Positions 25,875 to 34,726 of a stretch of 64,000 nt of DNA are shown here, in pieces. A program made the translations under genes and the position numbers. Within the stretch, counting starts at the first letter, position 1. The number at the start of each line of letters is the position of its first letter. The stretch comes from Bacteroidales bacterium (lineage in GTDB: Bacteria; Bacteroidota; Bacteroidia; Bacteroidales; UBA7960): assembly GCA_007130125.1 (NCBI GenBank), contig SLSZ01000143.1, positions 41,852 through 105,851 on the forward strand, given 5' to 3'. The notes beneath the pieces are model-generated. The model made no database searches and was not told the origin of the DNA. It was given only the letters and a program-made list of their open reading frames with translations.

Positions 25875-27080
25875 ATGAGCAAAGTATTGATTATTGGTGC
25901 GGGCGGCGTAGGTAATGTTGTTACACGCAAGTGTGCATCGGTACCTGAGGTGTTCAGCGATATTATGCTGGCCAGCCGCACTGTGGAAAAATGTAAAAAA
26001 ATAGCTGCCGGAATAGGCGGCGACAAGATCAAAACTGCAAAGGTTGATGCTGATAATGTTGACGAGCTTGTATCTTTGATTGAAGCTTTTAAGCCCGAGC
26101 TGGTTATAAATGTTGCATTGCCATACCAGGACCTGACCATCATGGAGGCCTGTCTGAAAACCAGGACTCATTACCTTGATACAGCAAATTATGAGCCAAA
26201 GGACGAGGCCAAGTTTGAATACAAATGGCAGTGGGCTTTTCATGACAGGTTTAAAGAAGCCGGTATTACAGCGGTTCTTGGTTGCGGTTTCGATCCGGGT
26301 GTTACGGGTGTGTTTACAGCCTATGCTGCAAAACATTATTTTGATGAGATACATTATCTTGATATCGTGGATTGTAACGCCGGCGATCATGGAAAATATT
26401 TTGCCACTAACTTCAATCCTGAGATAAATATCCGGGAGATAACACAAAACGGAAAATACTGGGAAGATGGCAAATGGATTGAAACCCGGCCTCTGGGAAT
26501 CCAAAAACCTATTGAATATCCAGGAATTGGGAAGAAAGAATCATATCTCTTGTATCATGAAGAGCTAGAATCGTTGGTCAAGCATTTTCCAACCCTAAAG
26601 CGTGCACGTTTTTGGATGACTTTCGGAGAAAGGTATATTACCGCTCTTAATGTTTTGCAGGAGGTTGGCATGACAAGTATCAAGCCTGTGAAATTTAAGG
26701 GGATTGACATTGTGCCCCTTGAGTTCTTGAAAGCGGTATTGCCTGACCCCTCAAGCCTGGGGCAAGGATATAAGGGGCAGACTTCTATCGGGTGCCAGAT
26801 AAGAGGAGTAAAAGATGGTAAGCAACGAACATATTATGTATGGAATAATTGTGACCATGAAAAGGCTTTCAGAGATGCAAATGCCCAGGCTGTATCATAT
26901 ACAACCGGCGTTCCGGCAATGATCGGTGCTATGATGATGCTTACGGGAAAATGGCAGGGTGCAGGCGTATTTAATGTTGAGCAGTTTGATCCGGATCCGT
27001 TCATGGAGAAGTTGCCCGAATATGGATTGCCATGGCACGAAGAAGTGGACAAGCCTCTTCCGGTTGAAAAAAGACAATAG
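25875..27080 (+). CDS. Carboxynorspermidine/carboxyspermidine synthase (dehydrogenase), saccharopine dehydrogenase family
   Basis: 401 aa. Collinear with my recollection of Vibrio CANSDH: IIGAGGVG, QWAF.D.FK.AGITA..G.GFDPGV..VF.AYA, NAGDHGK.FATNF.PE, AVSYTTGVPA, GVFN.EQ.DPDPF. Confidence 0.92.
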   Translation: MSKVLIIGAGGVGNVVTRKCASVPEVFSDIMLASRTVEKCKKIAAGIGGDKIKTAKVDADNVDELVSLIEAFKPELVINVALPYQDLTIMEACLKTRTHYLDTANYEPKDEAKFEYKWQWAFHDRFKEAGITAVLGCGFDPGVTGVFTAYAAKHYFDEIHYLDIVDCNAGDHGKYFATNFNPEINIREITQNGKYWEDGKWIETRPLGIQKPIEYPGIGKKESYLLYHEELESLVKHFPTLKRARFWMTFGERYITALNVLQEVGMTSIKPVKFKGIDIVPLEFLKAVLPDPSSLGQGYKGQTSIGCQIRGVKDGKQRTYYVWNNCDHEKAFRDANAQAVSYTTGVPAMIGAMMMLTGKWQGAGVFNVEQFDPDPFMEKLPEYGLPWHEEVDKPLPVEKRQ

Positions 27081-27203
27081 AATACTGACATAACATACAA
27101 GAAGAACTGATAAGTAAATAAAATTTTTTAGTTATCATTTGTTTGATAATGGTCAGCCTGGTTTTGTAAAAAAAGAATATTATAAGCAAAATACAAGAAA
27201 AAT

Positions 27204-28358
27204 ATGAAGGTTGATTTTGCCCAGATTCCATCACCAAGTTTTGTTTTACATGAAGAGTTGCTTAAGATAAATCTTAACATTCTCAATCTTGTACAGAAGG
27301 AAGCAGGTGTTGAGATAATATGTGCACTGAAAGGTTTTGCTTTTTGGGATGGGTTCCCTCTCATAGGGAGTTATCTAAGTGGTGCGGCGGCAAGTTCACT
27401 TAACGAGGCGCGACTGATACATGAGAAAATGGGCGTTAAAGCGCACACTTATTGCCCTGTATATATTGAAGATGAGATTAAAGAAATTGCCGGTTATAGT
27501 TCACACATAACCTTTAATTCTGTGAGCCAGCATGAGAGGCTGAAAGAAAAGTTTCAACAACATAATCCGGATATTAGCTTCGGGTTAAGGATAAATCCTG
27601 AGTATTCTGAAGTAGAAACCGAAATATACAATCCGGCACAACCTGGGTCAAGGCTTGGCGTTACAGCAGATAAACTTAATGATACTTTACCTGAAGGTAT
27701 TGAGGGGCTGCACTTTCATGTACTGTGTGAAAATGACAGTTATGCACTTGAACGTACGTTGCACGAAACTGAAAAACGTTTTTCACACCTTATCAGGCAG
27801 GTTAAATGGTTAAATATGGGTGGAGGTCATCTTATCACCCGTGATGGATATGATGTAAAGCATTTGGTTGATTTGCTTAAGCTTTTTAAAGGCCGATACC
27901 CCAATCTTGAAAAAATAATACTTGAACCGGGAGGGGCTATTGGTTGGCAGACAGGCTATCTGGTTGCTACAATATTAGATATAATTGAGAATAAGGGTGT
28001 TAAAACAGCTATGTTGGATGTAAGTTTTGCTGCACATATGCCTGATTGCCTTGAGATGCCTTATAAACCAAAGATAATTGGAGCTTTTGATCCTGCCGGC
28101 AATGATAATGAACATGTATATCGGATGGGTGGTACGACTTGTCTGGCAGGGGATTACATGGGGATGGGCGACTATGCTTTTGAAGTGCCTTTAAAGGTAG
28201 GAGATAAAGTGGTTTTTGATGATATGATACATTATACTATGGTGAAAACTACTTTTTTCAACGGTGTAAAACACCCTGCAATTGGTGTTTGGAGAGATGG
28301 GGGGTTTAAGCTGTTAAGAACTTTCGGATACGAGGATTATAAAAATAAGCTATCTTAA
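27204..28358 (+). CDS. nspC: Carboxynorspermidine/carboxyspermidine decarboxylase
   Basis: 384 aa. Alanine-racemase-fold PLP decarboxylase: IPSPSFVLHEELL, CALKGF, HFHVLCEN, LNMGGGH, EPGGAI, TCLAGD. Lies directly downstream of the CANSDH gene. Confidence 0.92.
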   Translation: MKVDFAQIPSPSFVLHEELLKINLNILNLVQKEAGVEIICALKGFAFWDGFPLIGSYLSGAAASSLNEARLIHEKMGVKAHTYCPVYIEDEIKEIAGYSSHITFNSVSQHERLKEKFQQHNPDISFGLRINPEYSEVETEIYNPAQPGSRLGVTADKLNDTLPEGIEGLHFHVLCENDSYALERTLHETEKRFSHLIRQVKWLNMGGGHLITRDGYDVKHLVDLLKLFKGRYPNLEKIILEPGGAIGWQTGYLVATILDIIENKGVKTAMLDVSFAAHMPDCLEMPYKPKIIGAFDPAGNDNEHVYRMGGTTCLAGDYMGMGDYAFEVPLKVGDKVVFDDMIHYTMVKTTFFNGVKHPAIGVWRDGGFKLLRTFGYEDYKNKLS

Positions 28359-28379
28359 GATACCGGAGGTTTAAACTAA

Positions 28380-29375
28380 TTACCTTAATTTTTCAGATAA
28401 TTTCTTAAATTCGGTTTCAGCAGATCTGTTTTCGTATAAGATATTATAAACAGCCTCAGTGATGGGCATTTTTAGATTGTGTTCAAGGTTCATTTTATGT
28501 ATGCTTTTCACAGCATAATACCCTTCGGCTATCATTTTCATTTCATATTTAGCAAATTTCACGCTGTATCCTTTACCAATCATATTGCCAAACGTCCTGT
28601 TGCGGCTAAATTGCGAATAACATGTAACTAACAGATCTCCAAGGTAGGCAGAATCATTAACATTTCTATTGAGGGGTGAAACTATATCCAGGAAGGTTTT
28701 GATCTCTTTTATTGCATTGGATATGAGTACTGCCTGAAAGTTATCACCATAACCCAAACCATTGCAAATACCACTTGCCAGTGCAATAATGTTTTTCAAT
28801 ATTGGTGCGTATTCTGTGCCAATAATATCAGCACTTAGAGAAGTTTTTATATATCTGCAACTGAAAAGTGTTGCTACTTCTTTTGCAATTGACTTGTTGG
28901 GCGAGGCAACAGTTAAATATGTGAGTTTTTCAAGAGCTACCTCCTCGGCATGTGAAGGTCCTGTAACAACAGCTAGTTGATCAAAGCTTAAGTCATAATT
29001 ACTGTTAAGATAGTCTCCAACGATCATATTATGATCAGGCAATATTCCTTTTATGGCACTTACAACAATTTTATCTTTAAATAAACCAGGGTTTATTTGT
29101 TTTATGGTATCATCCAAAAATACTGCAGGGATACAAAGAATTATTATTTGTGAATTTTTTATTGTTGAAGCTAAATTATTTGACAATTCCAAATGGTTGG
29201 TATCAAATTGCACTGAACTTAAATATTGCGGATTGTGGTAAAATTTTTTTATATGATTAATTATTTCCGGTTCACGTATCCACCAATTGATTTTATCCTG
29301 GTTATTAAGTAAAATTTTCACGATGGCAGTAGCCCAACTTCCGGAACCTACTACAGCAACTTTAATTTTTTGCAT
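28380..29375 (-). CDS. gpsA: NAD(P)H-dependent glycerol-3-phosphate dehydrogenase
   Basis: Rossmann motif KVAVVGSGSWATA, KGI, and GPSHAEEVA active-site region. I prefer ATG 29375 (MQKIKVAVVG...) to the upstream non-ATG track start. Confidence 0.92.
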   Translation of the reverse strand: MQKIKVAVVGSGSWATAIVKILLNNQDKINWWIREPEIINHIKKFYHNPQYLSSVQFDTNHLELSNNLASTIKNSQIIILCIPAVFLDDTIKQINPGLFKDKIVVSAIKGILPDHNMIVGDYLNSNYDLSFDQLAVVTGPSHAEEVALEKLTYLTVASPNKSIAKEVATLFSCRYIKTSLSADIIGTEYAPILKNIIALASGICNGLGYGDNFQAVLISNAIKEIKTFLDIVSPLNRNVNDSAYLGDLLVTCYSQFSRNRTFGNMIGKGYSVKFAKYEMKMIAEGYYAVKSIHKMNLEHNLKMPITEAVYNILYENRSAETEFKKLSEKLR

Positions 29376-29393
29376 AACTAATTGTTTTGCGTG

Positions 29394-29401
29394 CAAAAAT
29401 A
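29394..29401 (-). promoter_or_regulatory. Candidate -7 promoter box (TATTTTTG on minus strand) for gpsA
   Basis: Matches TAnnTTTG, 18 nt upstream of ATG 29375. Supports the shorter gpsA start. Confidence 0.4.
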
Positions 29402-29406
29402 ACTTT

Positions 29407-29437
29407 TATATCCGGAATGTGCTTAGATCCGGATATA
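29407..29437. other. 10-bp perfect inverted repeat TATATCCGGA / TCCGGATATA with 11-nt loop
   Basis: Read directly. Lies between the stop of the 161-aa gene and the gpsA promoter box. A T-run follows on the + strand only, so a role as a minus-strand terminator is uncertain. Confidence 0.5.
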
Positions 29438-29481
29438 TTTTATAATAAACAGGACTGTTTAAATTATCAGGTCAGGTTTGA

Positions 29482-29967
29482 TTAATGTTTTTTATTAATT
29501 ATTTCTGAAAAGATTATAGCTTTTTGCGGGTCAAAGTGCAAAGGCTCTGTTTCTTCATCTTCAGCCCACAGATCAATAACTTCAAGGTGTTTTTCCTTTT
29601 GTTGTTTTTGTTTTTTGACTTGGTCTTCAATAGTTTCTATTTTTCCTTCTGCTGAGAATTCAAAATCATCACCTACACCTGATAGTCCGGTGTGTTTTTT
29701 GACCTCTTCAGGTTTTTCCTCCTCAGTCTGCATTTGAGGAGTCTCTCTCTCTCCTGCATAAACCTCAGCTTCTTCTTCTTCTTTCTCATCTTCTTCGCCT
29801 AATATTTCACGGAAGATCGTTTCAAAATCTTTCTCTTGTTTTTCGCTTCTGGGCTTGTCGCTGGGCTGAGGTATAGATTTTTCCTGTGGCTTTTTCTTGG
29901 ATTTGCCTTTAAAAAGGCTATACAATAACCAAACAACTGCCAGAAGTATAAAAATTATATCTTCCAT
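29482..29967 (-). CDS. Hypothetical membrane-anchored protein with highly charged Glu/Lys-rich tail
   Basis: 161 aa. N-terminal TM helix (IIFILLAVVWLLYSLF), then low-complexity acidic/basic sequence. No family recognised. Confidence 0.5.
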   Translation of the reverse strand: MEDIIFILLAVVWLLYSLFKGKSKKKPQEKSIPQPSDKPRSEKQEKDFETIFREILGEEDEKEEEEAEVYAGERETPQMQTEEEKPEEVKKHTGLSGVGDDFEFSAEGKIETIEDQVKKQKQQKEKHLEVIDLWAEDEETEPLHFDPQKAIIFSEIINKKH

Positions 29968-29997
29968 AAAAGTAATTTTTTACAAAACTATTGTTAA

Positions 29998-30294
29998 TTA
30001 TTCAAATAACGAAACTATTGCTCTATACCATCTTATATAAAAAGGAGGTCTCCCTCTGTTCCACTCCTTTGATTTTCTTCTTGTTTCATCCATACGCTTT
30101 TGTGTTTCAGGAGTTTGTATTTCATAATGCTCCTTGCGAGCCTCTTCTAAAATTTTCTCGGACTCCTTGTATCGTTCTTCCATTCGCCTCTCCTGTTCTT
30201 GCCGATCTATAACAGTTCTGCGTTTAGAGTCACAACCACCCAAAAACACTATTAATATTAAAAGAAACAAAAAAAAGGTTCTAAGAGTGCTCAT
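29998..30294 (-). CDS. Hypothetical lipoprotein (98 aa)
   Basis: Lipoprotein signal FLLILIVFLGGC, then a charged helical region. A TAATTTTG-type box (30344-30351, minus strand) lies 49 nt upstream. Confidence 0.5.
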   Translation of the reverse strand: MSTLRTFFLFLLILIVFLGGCDSKRRTVIDRQEQERRMEERYKESEKILEEARKEHYEIQTPETQKRMDETRRKSKEWNRGRPPFYIRWYRAIVSLFE

Positions 30295-30435
30295 ACTTAT
30301 GGCTTTTTAAAAAAACGCGCTAAATGAGCCTTTTATTTCTAAACAAAATTACCAATTTATTGATACTTTTACATAATAAACAGTATATTTTTGTATTATT
30401 AAACAAAAGTACTTTAATATAATTCTAATTTGACG

Positions 30436-30864
30436 ATGTTGAGAATGCTTTCTTGTGCGACATATTTAAAAGTTGCCATGTTGTTTTGTACATTTTTATT
30501 CTATAGTTGTGATAAAGATAAACAACATCCGGTACCTTATGTACGTGTTGATTACAGAATTAACCTGGAAACTACTTATGCGTTAAATTCTATTGGTGGA
30601 TGGGTATTTTTGTCGGGGGGTTATGATTATAACGGTATTGTTGTTTATCGTTTATCGGAGGATGAATTTCGTGCTTTTGATAGAACATGTACTTATAATA
30701 TTTCTGAAAGAATAGTAGTAGAAGAGCCACCAATAGCAGAGTGTAAAGATTGCGAAAGTTCTTATTTGCTTATTGACGGTTCGGTTGTTGATGGGCCAGC
30801 CATTTATCCACTCAGGCAATATCAGGCAAGGCTGGATTACCCTTATGTTTATATAACGAATTGA
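30436..30864 (+). CDS. Hypothetical lipoprotein
   Basis: Signal ending FLFYSC. Cys pairs (RTCTY, CKDCES) hint at a small Rieske-like/metal-binding fold, but the His ligands are absent. The start is ambiguous (TTG 30430, ATG 30436/30445). Confidence 0.45.
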   Translation: MLRMLSCATYLKVAMLFCTFLFYSCDKDKQHPVPYVRVDYRINLETTYALNSIGGWVFLSGGYDYNGIVVYRLSEDEFRAFDRTCTYNISERIVVEEPPIAECKDCESSYLLIDGSVVDGPAIYPLRQYQARLDYPYVYITN

Positions 30865-30908
30865 GCCTGATGTTCTAAAAAAGTTCTTACAAATCGCTTT
30901 AATTTGAT

Positions 30909-30916
30909 TAAGTTTG
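30909..30916 (+). promoter_or_regulatory. Candidate -7 promoter box TAAGTTTG upstream of waaA
   Basis: Matches TAnnTTTG, 61 nt upstream of ATG 30978. Confidence 0.35.
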
Positions 30917-30977
30917 TAGGTAGTTTAACACAATCTTTGTAACCTTAGAGATTAAAGAGTAAATATACCCGGAAAAG

Positions 30978-32261
30978 ATGAGAGTTTTTTATAACGTTTT
31001 TATTTATCTTTACTATTTATCAATTAAGATAGCGTCTTTATTCAATTCTAAAGCCAGAAAATGGATAATTGGCCGGCGTGGATTGCTGGAGAGTATGTTT
31101 TTTCATAGCAATGAGGATGATAAACTAATATGGTTTCATTGCTCATCGCTTGGTGAGTTTGAACAGGGCAGGCCTGTTATGGAGCGGTTGAAAAAAGACA
31201 ATCCCAGGTATAAACTTTTGATTACCTTCTTTTCTCCCTCAGGTTATGAAGTAAGAAAAAACTTTTCCTGTGCCGATTATGTATTTTACCTTCCCCTGGA
31301 TACACCACGAAATGCGAAAAAATTTCTTGATATTTGGAATCCGTCAATTGCCGTTTTTGTGAAATATGAATATTGGTTTAACTTTATTAATGAATTGCAT
31401 AAACGTGATATTCCTTTAGTAGTTGTATCGGCAATATTTAGAAAAAAACAGCATTTCTTCAGGTTTTACGGGTTTTGGTTTATAAAACAACTAAAAAAGG
31501 TTACATACTTTCTTGTTCAGAATAAGGAGTCATTGAATTTGTTAGCAAAAGCGGGAATAAGGAATGTTAGCTTGAGTGGTGACACCAGGTTTGACAGGGT
31601 TTACGATATTAGTGTTGATCCACAGAGGTTTGAGGACATAGAGAGGTTTATACAAGCCTCAATAATATTTGTTGGAGGAAGCACCTGGATGAAAGATGAG
31701 GAGATGCTCATTGAATTGATAAATAAAAACCACGAAGGAATAAAATATATTATTGCACCTCATGAAATAGATAGTTCAAAGATTGATGATTTTATAAAGA
31801 GAGTTGAAGGAAAAGCTGTTAAGTTATCGGATGATGACAAATCAGAATTTCCTGAAGCCCAGGTTTTAGTAATAGACCGCATCGGCATACTCTCTCATGT
31901 TTACCAGTATGCATCAGTTGCATATGTAGGTGGCGGTTTTGGAAAAGGTATTCATAATGTTTTGGAGGCTGCAGTTTTTGGTATGCCGGTGCTGTTCGGG
32001 CCAAATTACAAGAGATTCAGTGAAGCATTGGAGTTGGTAAAGTACGGTGGGGCTTTTCCTGTAAAAAACAGTTATGAGCTTTCTGTAATTACCTATAAAT
32101 TGTTAAGTGACTTTAGGGTGTTGAAACATACTTCTTCTTGTTCAAAAGAATATGTTAAATCCAAAAAAGGGGCTACAGAAAAGTCTTTATCCGTTATAAA
32201 TGCTATGATATCACCTGAAAGACAATTGCATGTTGATAGTGATGCTTTTATAATGAATTGA
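30978..32261 (+). CDS. waaA: 3-deoxy-D-manno-octulosonic acid (Kdo) transferase
   Basis: 427 aa. N-terminal membrane anchor. WFHCSSLGEFEQGRPV and GGSF..GGHN-like (VGGGFGKGIHNVLEAAVFGMPVLFGPNY) motifs typical of WaaA/KdtA. Confidence 0.9.
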   Translation: MRVFYNVFIYLYYLSIKIASLFNSKARKWIIGRRGLLESMFFHSNEDDKLIWFHCSSLGEFEQGRPVMERLKKDNPRYKLLITFFSPSGYEVRKNFSCADYVFYLPLDTPRNAKKFLDIWNPSIAVFVKYEYWFNFINELHKRDIPLVVVSAIFRKKQHFFRFYGFWFIKQLKKVTYFLVQNKESLNLLAKAGIRNVSLSGDTRFDRVYDISVDPQRFEDIERFIQASIIFVGGSTWMKDEEMLIELINKNHEGIKYIIAPHEIDSSKIDDFIKRVEGKAVKLSDDDKSEFPEAQVLVIDRIGILSHVYQYASVAYVGGGFGKGIHNVLEAAVFGMPVLFGPNYKRFSEALELVKYGGAFPVKNSYELSVITYKLLSDFRVLKHTSSCSKEYVKSKKGATEKSLSVINAMISPERQLHVDSDAFIMN

Positions 32262-32281
32262 TCATTAATTTAATTAGAAAA

Positions 32282-32647
32282 ATGAATTTTGTATTAAAGC
32301 TCTTGGTATCGTCGTTTGCCGTTGTTATTACATCATATTTGTTACCTGAGGCATATGTGCATGTTGATAAATTTACTACTGCAATAATCGTTGCTCTTGT
32401 ATTGGCATTGTTAAATACTTTGTTAAAGCCCGTTTTGATAATATTGACAATTCCAGTTACAATATTAAGTTTTGGATTGTTTTTATTAGTAATCAATGCT
32501 TTTATAATTCAACTGGCAGGATATTTTGTTGGTGGTTTTAAAGTTGCAGGCTTTTGGTGGGCTTTGCTGTTTAGTATTATTCTCTCATTAACTACATGGC
32601 TGCTTGAATTACCGGTAAGGTCAGGACAAGACAGAGAACAGTACTGA
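32282..32647 (+). CDS. Small 4-TM membrane protein of the 'phage holin family' (superfamily IV / DUF360-like)
   Basis: MNFVLKLLVSSFAVVITSYLLP...LLNTLLKPVLIILTIPVTILSFGLFLLVINAF is typical of this widespread family. I prefer ATG 32282 to the TTG 32258 that overlaps the waaA stop. Confidence 0.7.
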   Translation: MNFVLKLLVSSFAVVITSYLLPEAYVHVDKFTTAIIVALVLALLNTLLKPVLIILTIPVTILSFGLFLLVINAFIIQLAGYFVGGFKVAGFWWALLFSIILSLTTWLLELPVRSGQDREQY

Positions 32648-32680
32648 TAGAGGATTAATTAGTAATAAACTTGAAGCAAA

Positions 32681-32812
32681 GCGATATCATAAATAGCAAA
32701 ATCCAAAAAAGTAATCCATAAGTTCAAGACCACAGTTGAGTAATAAGAGTTGTAATCCATACTAATCAGACTTGCTGGGTTTGCAGATAATCAGACAAGC
32801 AATATCATAATT
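32681..32812. repeat. Intergenic word-repeat element: GTAATCCATA x2, TAATCAGAC x2, GCGATATCATAAAT/GCAATATCATAATT
   Basis: Direct repeats at 32711-32720 / 32752-32761, 32763-32771 / 32788-32796 and 32681-32694 / 32799-32812. Shares CAAAATCCAAAA (32697-32708 = 20917-20928), AAGTTCAA and CCACAGT with the 20.9-kb element. Confidence 0.8.
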
Positions 32813-32872
32813 TGAAATTATTAAGGTTCTCAGATTAAATCTACCCACAAGATCAAAAAAACCAGACCGGTT

Positions 32873-34711
32873 TTATTCAACAGTGACTGACTTGGCCAGG
32901 TTTCTTGGCTGATCTACATTACAGCCTCTAAGAACTGCGATATGGTAAGATAAAAGTTGCAGTGGTATACTGGCTATAATAGGAACAAATATTTCATCGG
33001 TTTCAGGAATTTCAATTGTGTAGTCAGCAAGCTTATTAACAGCTTTATCTCCCTCTGTTACAATGGCTATAATGATACCTTTTCTTGCTTTTACTTCCTG
33101 TATGTTACTCAGCACTTTGTCATAAGCTCCTTTTTTGGTAGCAATAACAACTACGGGCATTTCTTCATCTATCAATGCGATGGGTCCATGCTTCATTTCA
33201 GCAGCAGGATAACCTTCGGCATGGATGTATGAGATCTCTTTAAGCTTGAGGGCTCCCTCGAGGGCTACCGGGAAATTGTATCCTCTTCCAAGGTACAAGA
33301 AGTTTTTGGCAGCATGAAAAACTTTTGAGATATCTAATAAATAATCATTAAGCTGAAGGGTTTTTTCAACTTTAGCCGGAATCGCTTCCATTTCACTAAG
33401 AAGTTGGTAAAACCTGCTTTTTGATATTATCCCCTTTTTATCGGCTATTGATAAAGCCATTAAAGTAAGTAGAGTTACTTGTGATGTAAAGGCTTTTGTA
33501 GAGGCTACTCCTATTTCAGGGCCGGCATGTGTGTACGAGCCGGCGTGAGTTACTCTTGCGATAGAAGAGCCAACAACGTTGCATATTCCTATTATAGTAG
33601 CTCCTTTTGATTTTGCAAGCTCTATAGCTGCGAGCGTATCGGCGGTTTCACCGGATTGGGATATAGCAACTACAAGGTCGTCTTCATATATAATCGGGTT
33701 GCGATATCTGAACTCTGAAGCATATTCAACTTCTACAGGTATACGAGCAAGGTCTTCAAAAAGGTATTCGCCTACCATGCCTGCATGCCATGACGTTCCA
33801 CAAGCTATTATGATTATTCTTCGTGCAGTGATAAACTTTTGCTCGTAATCAATAATGCCTCCTAATGATACAATGCCTTTTGCAGCATTTAAACGCCCTC
33901 TCATACTGTCTTTTATAGAACGAGGCTGTTCATAAATTTCTTTGAGCATAAAGTGAGGAAAACCGCTCTTTTCAATAGCAGATAACTGAAGCTCAAGTTT
34001 TTGAATGTATGGAGTCTTTTCCTGGTTTCGGATGGTTTTTATTTTTAACTCACCTTGCCTGTTAACGGTAGCAACCTCCTCATCATTAAGGTAGACCACG
34101 TTCTTAGTATATTCAACGATAGGTGCAGCATCTGATGCTATAAAAAATTCATCTTCACCAAGACCAATTACCAAAGGACTCCCTTTTTTTGCTGCTATAA
34201 GTTTGTCGGGATGATCTTGTGAGATAATTACAATTGCATAAGCACCAAATATTTGATTCAATGCTATCCTTACTGCCTCGAAAAGATCTACTTTTTCATT
34301 TACTTGTATATCTTCAATAAGATGTATGAGTACCTCCGTATCAGTGTCACTTTGAAAAGTATACCCCCTGTTTATTAACTCTTCTTTTAGAGAGCTGTAG
34401 TTTTCAATAATGCCGTTATGAATTATGGCAAGTTTCTTAGTGGGGCTAAAATGAGGGTGAGCATTAATATCGTTTGGCTCTCCATGAGTAGCCCATCTTG
34501 TATGAGCTATACCGATAGTACCTTCCAGGTCTTTGTCTCTAAGGCTGTTTTCGAGGTCTGAGACTTTTCCATGGGTTTTATACATATTCAGGCTGCTGTT
34601 TATTAAAGCAAGCCCTGCGCTGTCATAACCCCGGTATTCAAGTCGGTATAAACCTTTCAAAAGAATGGGATAGGCTTTTCTCGGACCTACATACCCAACT
34701 ATTCCGCACAT
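32873..34711 (-). CDS. glmS: Glutamine--fructose-6-phosphate aminotransferase (isomerizing)
   Basis: 612 aa. N-terminal nucleophile MCGIVGY. Two SIS domains (GTSWHAG, SQSGETADT). C-terminal ...NLAKSVTVE. Confidence 0.97.
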   Translation of the reverse strand: MCGIVGYVGPRKAYPILLKGLYRLEYRGYDSAGLALINSSLNMYKTHGKVSDLENSLRDKDLEGTIGIAHTRWATHGEPNDINAHPHFSPTKKLAIIHNGIIENYSSLKEELINRGYTFQSDTDTEVLIHLIEDIQVNEKVDLFEAVRIALNQIFGAYAIVIISQDHPDKLIAAKKGSPLVIGLGEDEFFIASDAAPIVEYTKNVVYLNDEEVATVNRQGELKIKTIRNQEKTPYIQKLELQLSAIEKSGFPHFMLKEIYEQPRSIKDSMRGRLNAAKGIVSLGGIIDYEQKFITARRIIIIACGTSWHAGMVGEYLFEDLARIPVEVEYASEFRYRNPIIYEDDLVVAISQSGETADTLAAIELAKSKGATIIGICNVVGSSIARVTHAGSYTHAGPEIGVASTKAFTSQVTLLTLMALSIADKKGIISKSRFYQLLSEMEAIPAKVEKTLQLNDYLLDISKVFHAAKNFLYLGRGYNFPVALEGALKLKEISYIHAEGYPAAEMKHGPIALIDEEMPVVVIATKKGAYDKVLSNIQEVKARKGIIIAIVTEGDKAVNKLADYTIEIPETDEIFVPIIASIPLQLLSYHIAVLRGCNVDQPRNLAKSVTVE

Positions 34712-34726
34712 AATATATATTTTTTT

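Noticed and set aside
25860-26504. 214-aa minus-strand ORF, plus 25826-26143, antisense to the carboxynorspermidine dehydrogenase gene
   Set aside because: It is fully embedded in a + strand gene whose translation matches a well-known enzyme end to end. The antisense translation is Cys/Phe/Ile-rich and low in complexity, with no recognisable family. This is the typical shadow ORF.
32857-32875. AAAACC-AGACC-GGTTTT hairpin overlapping the glmS stop, considered as a bidirectional terminator
   Set aside because: The stem is 6 bp and mostly A-U, so its predicted stability is low. It overlaps the coding end of glmS. The evidence is insufficient to call a terminator.
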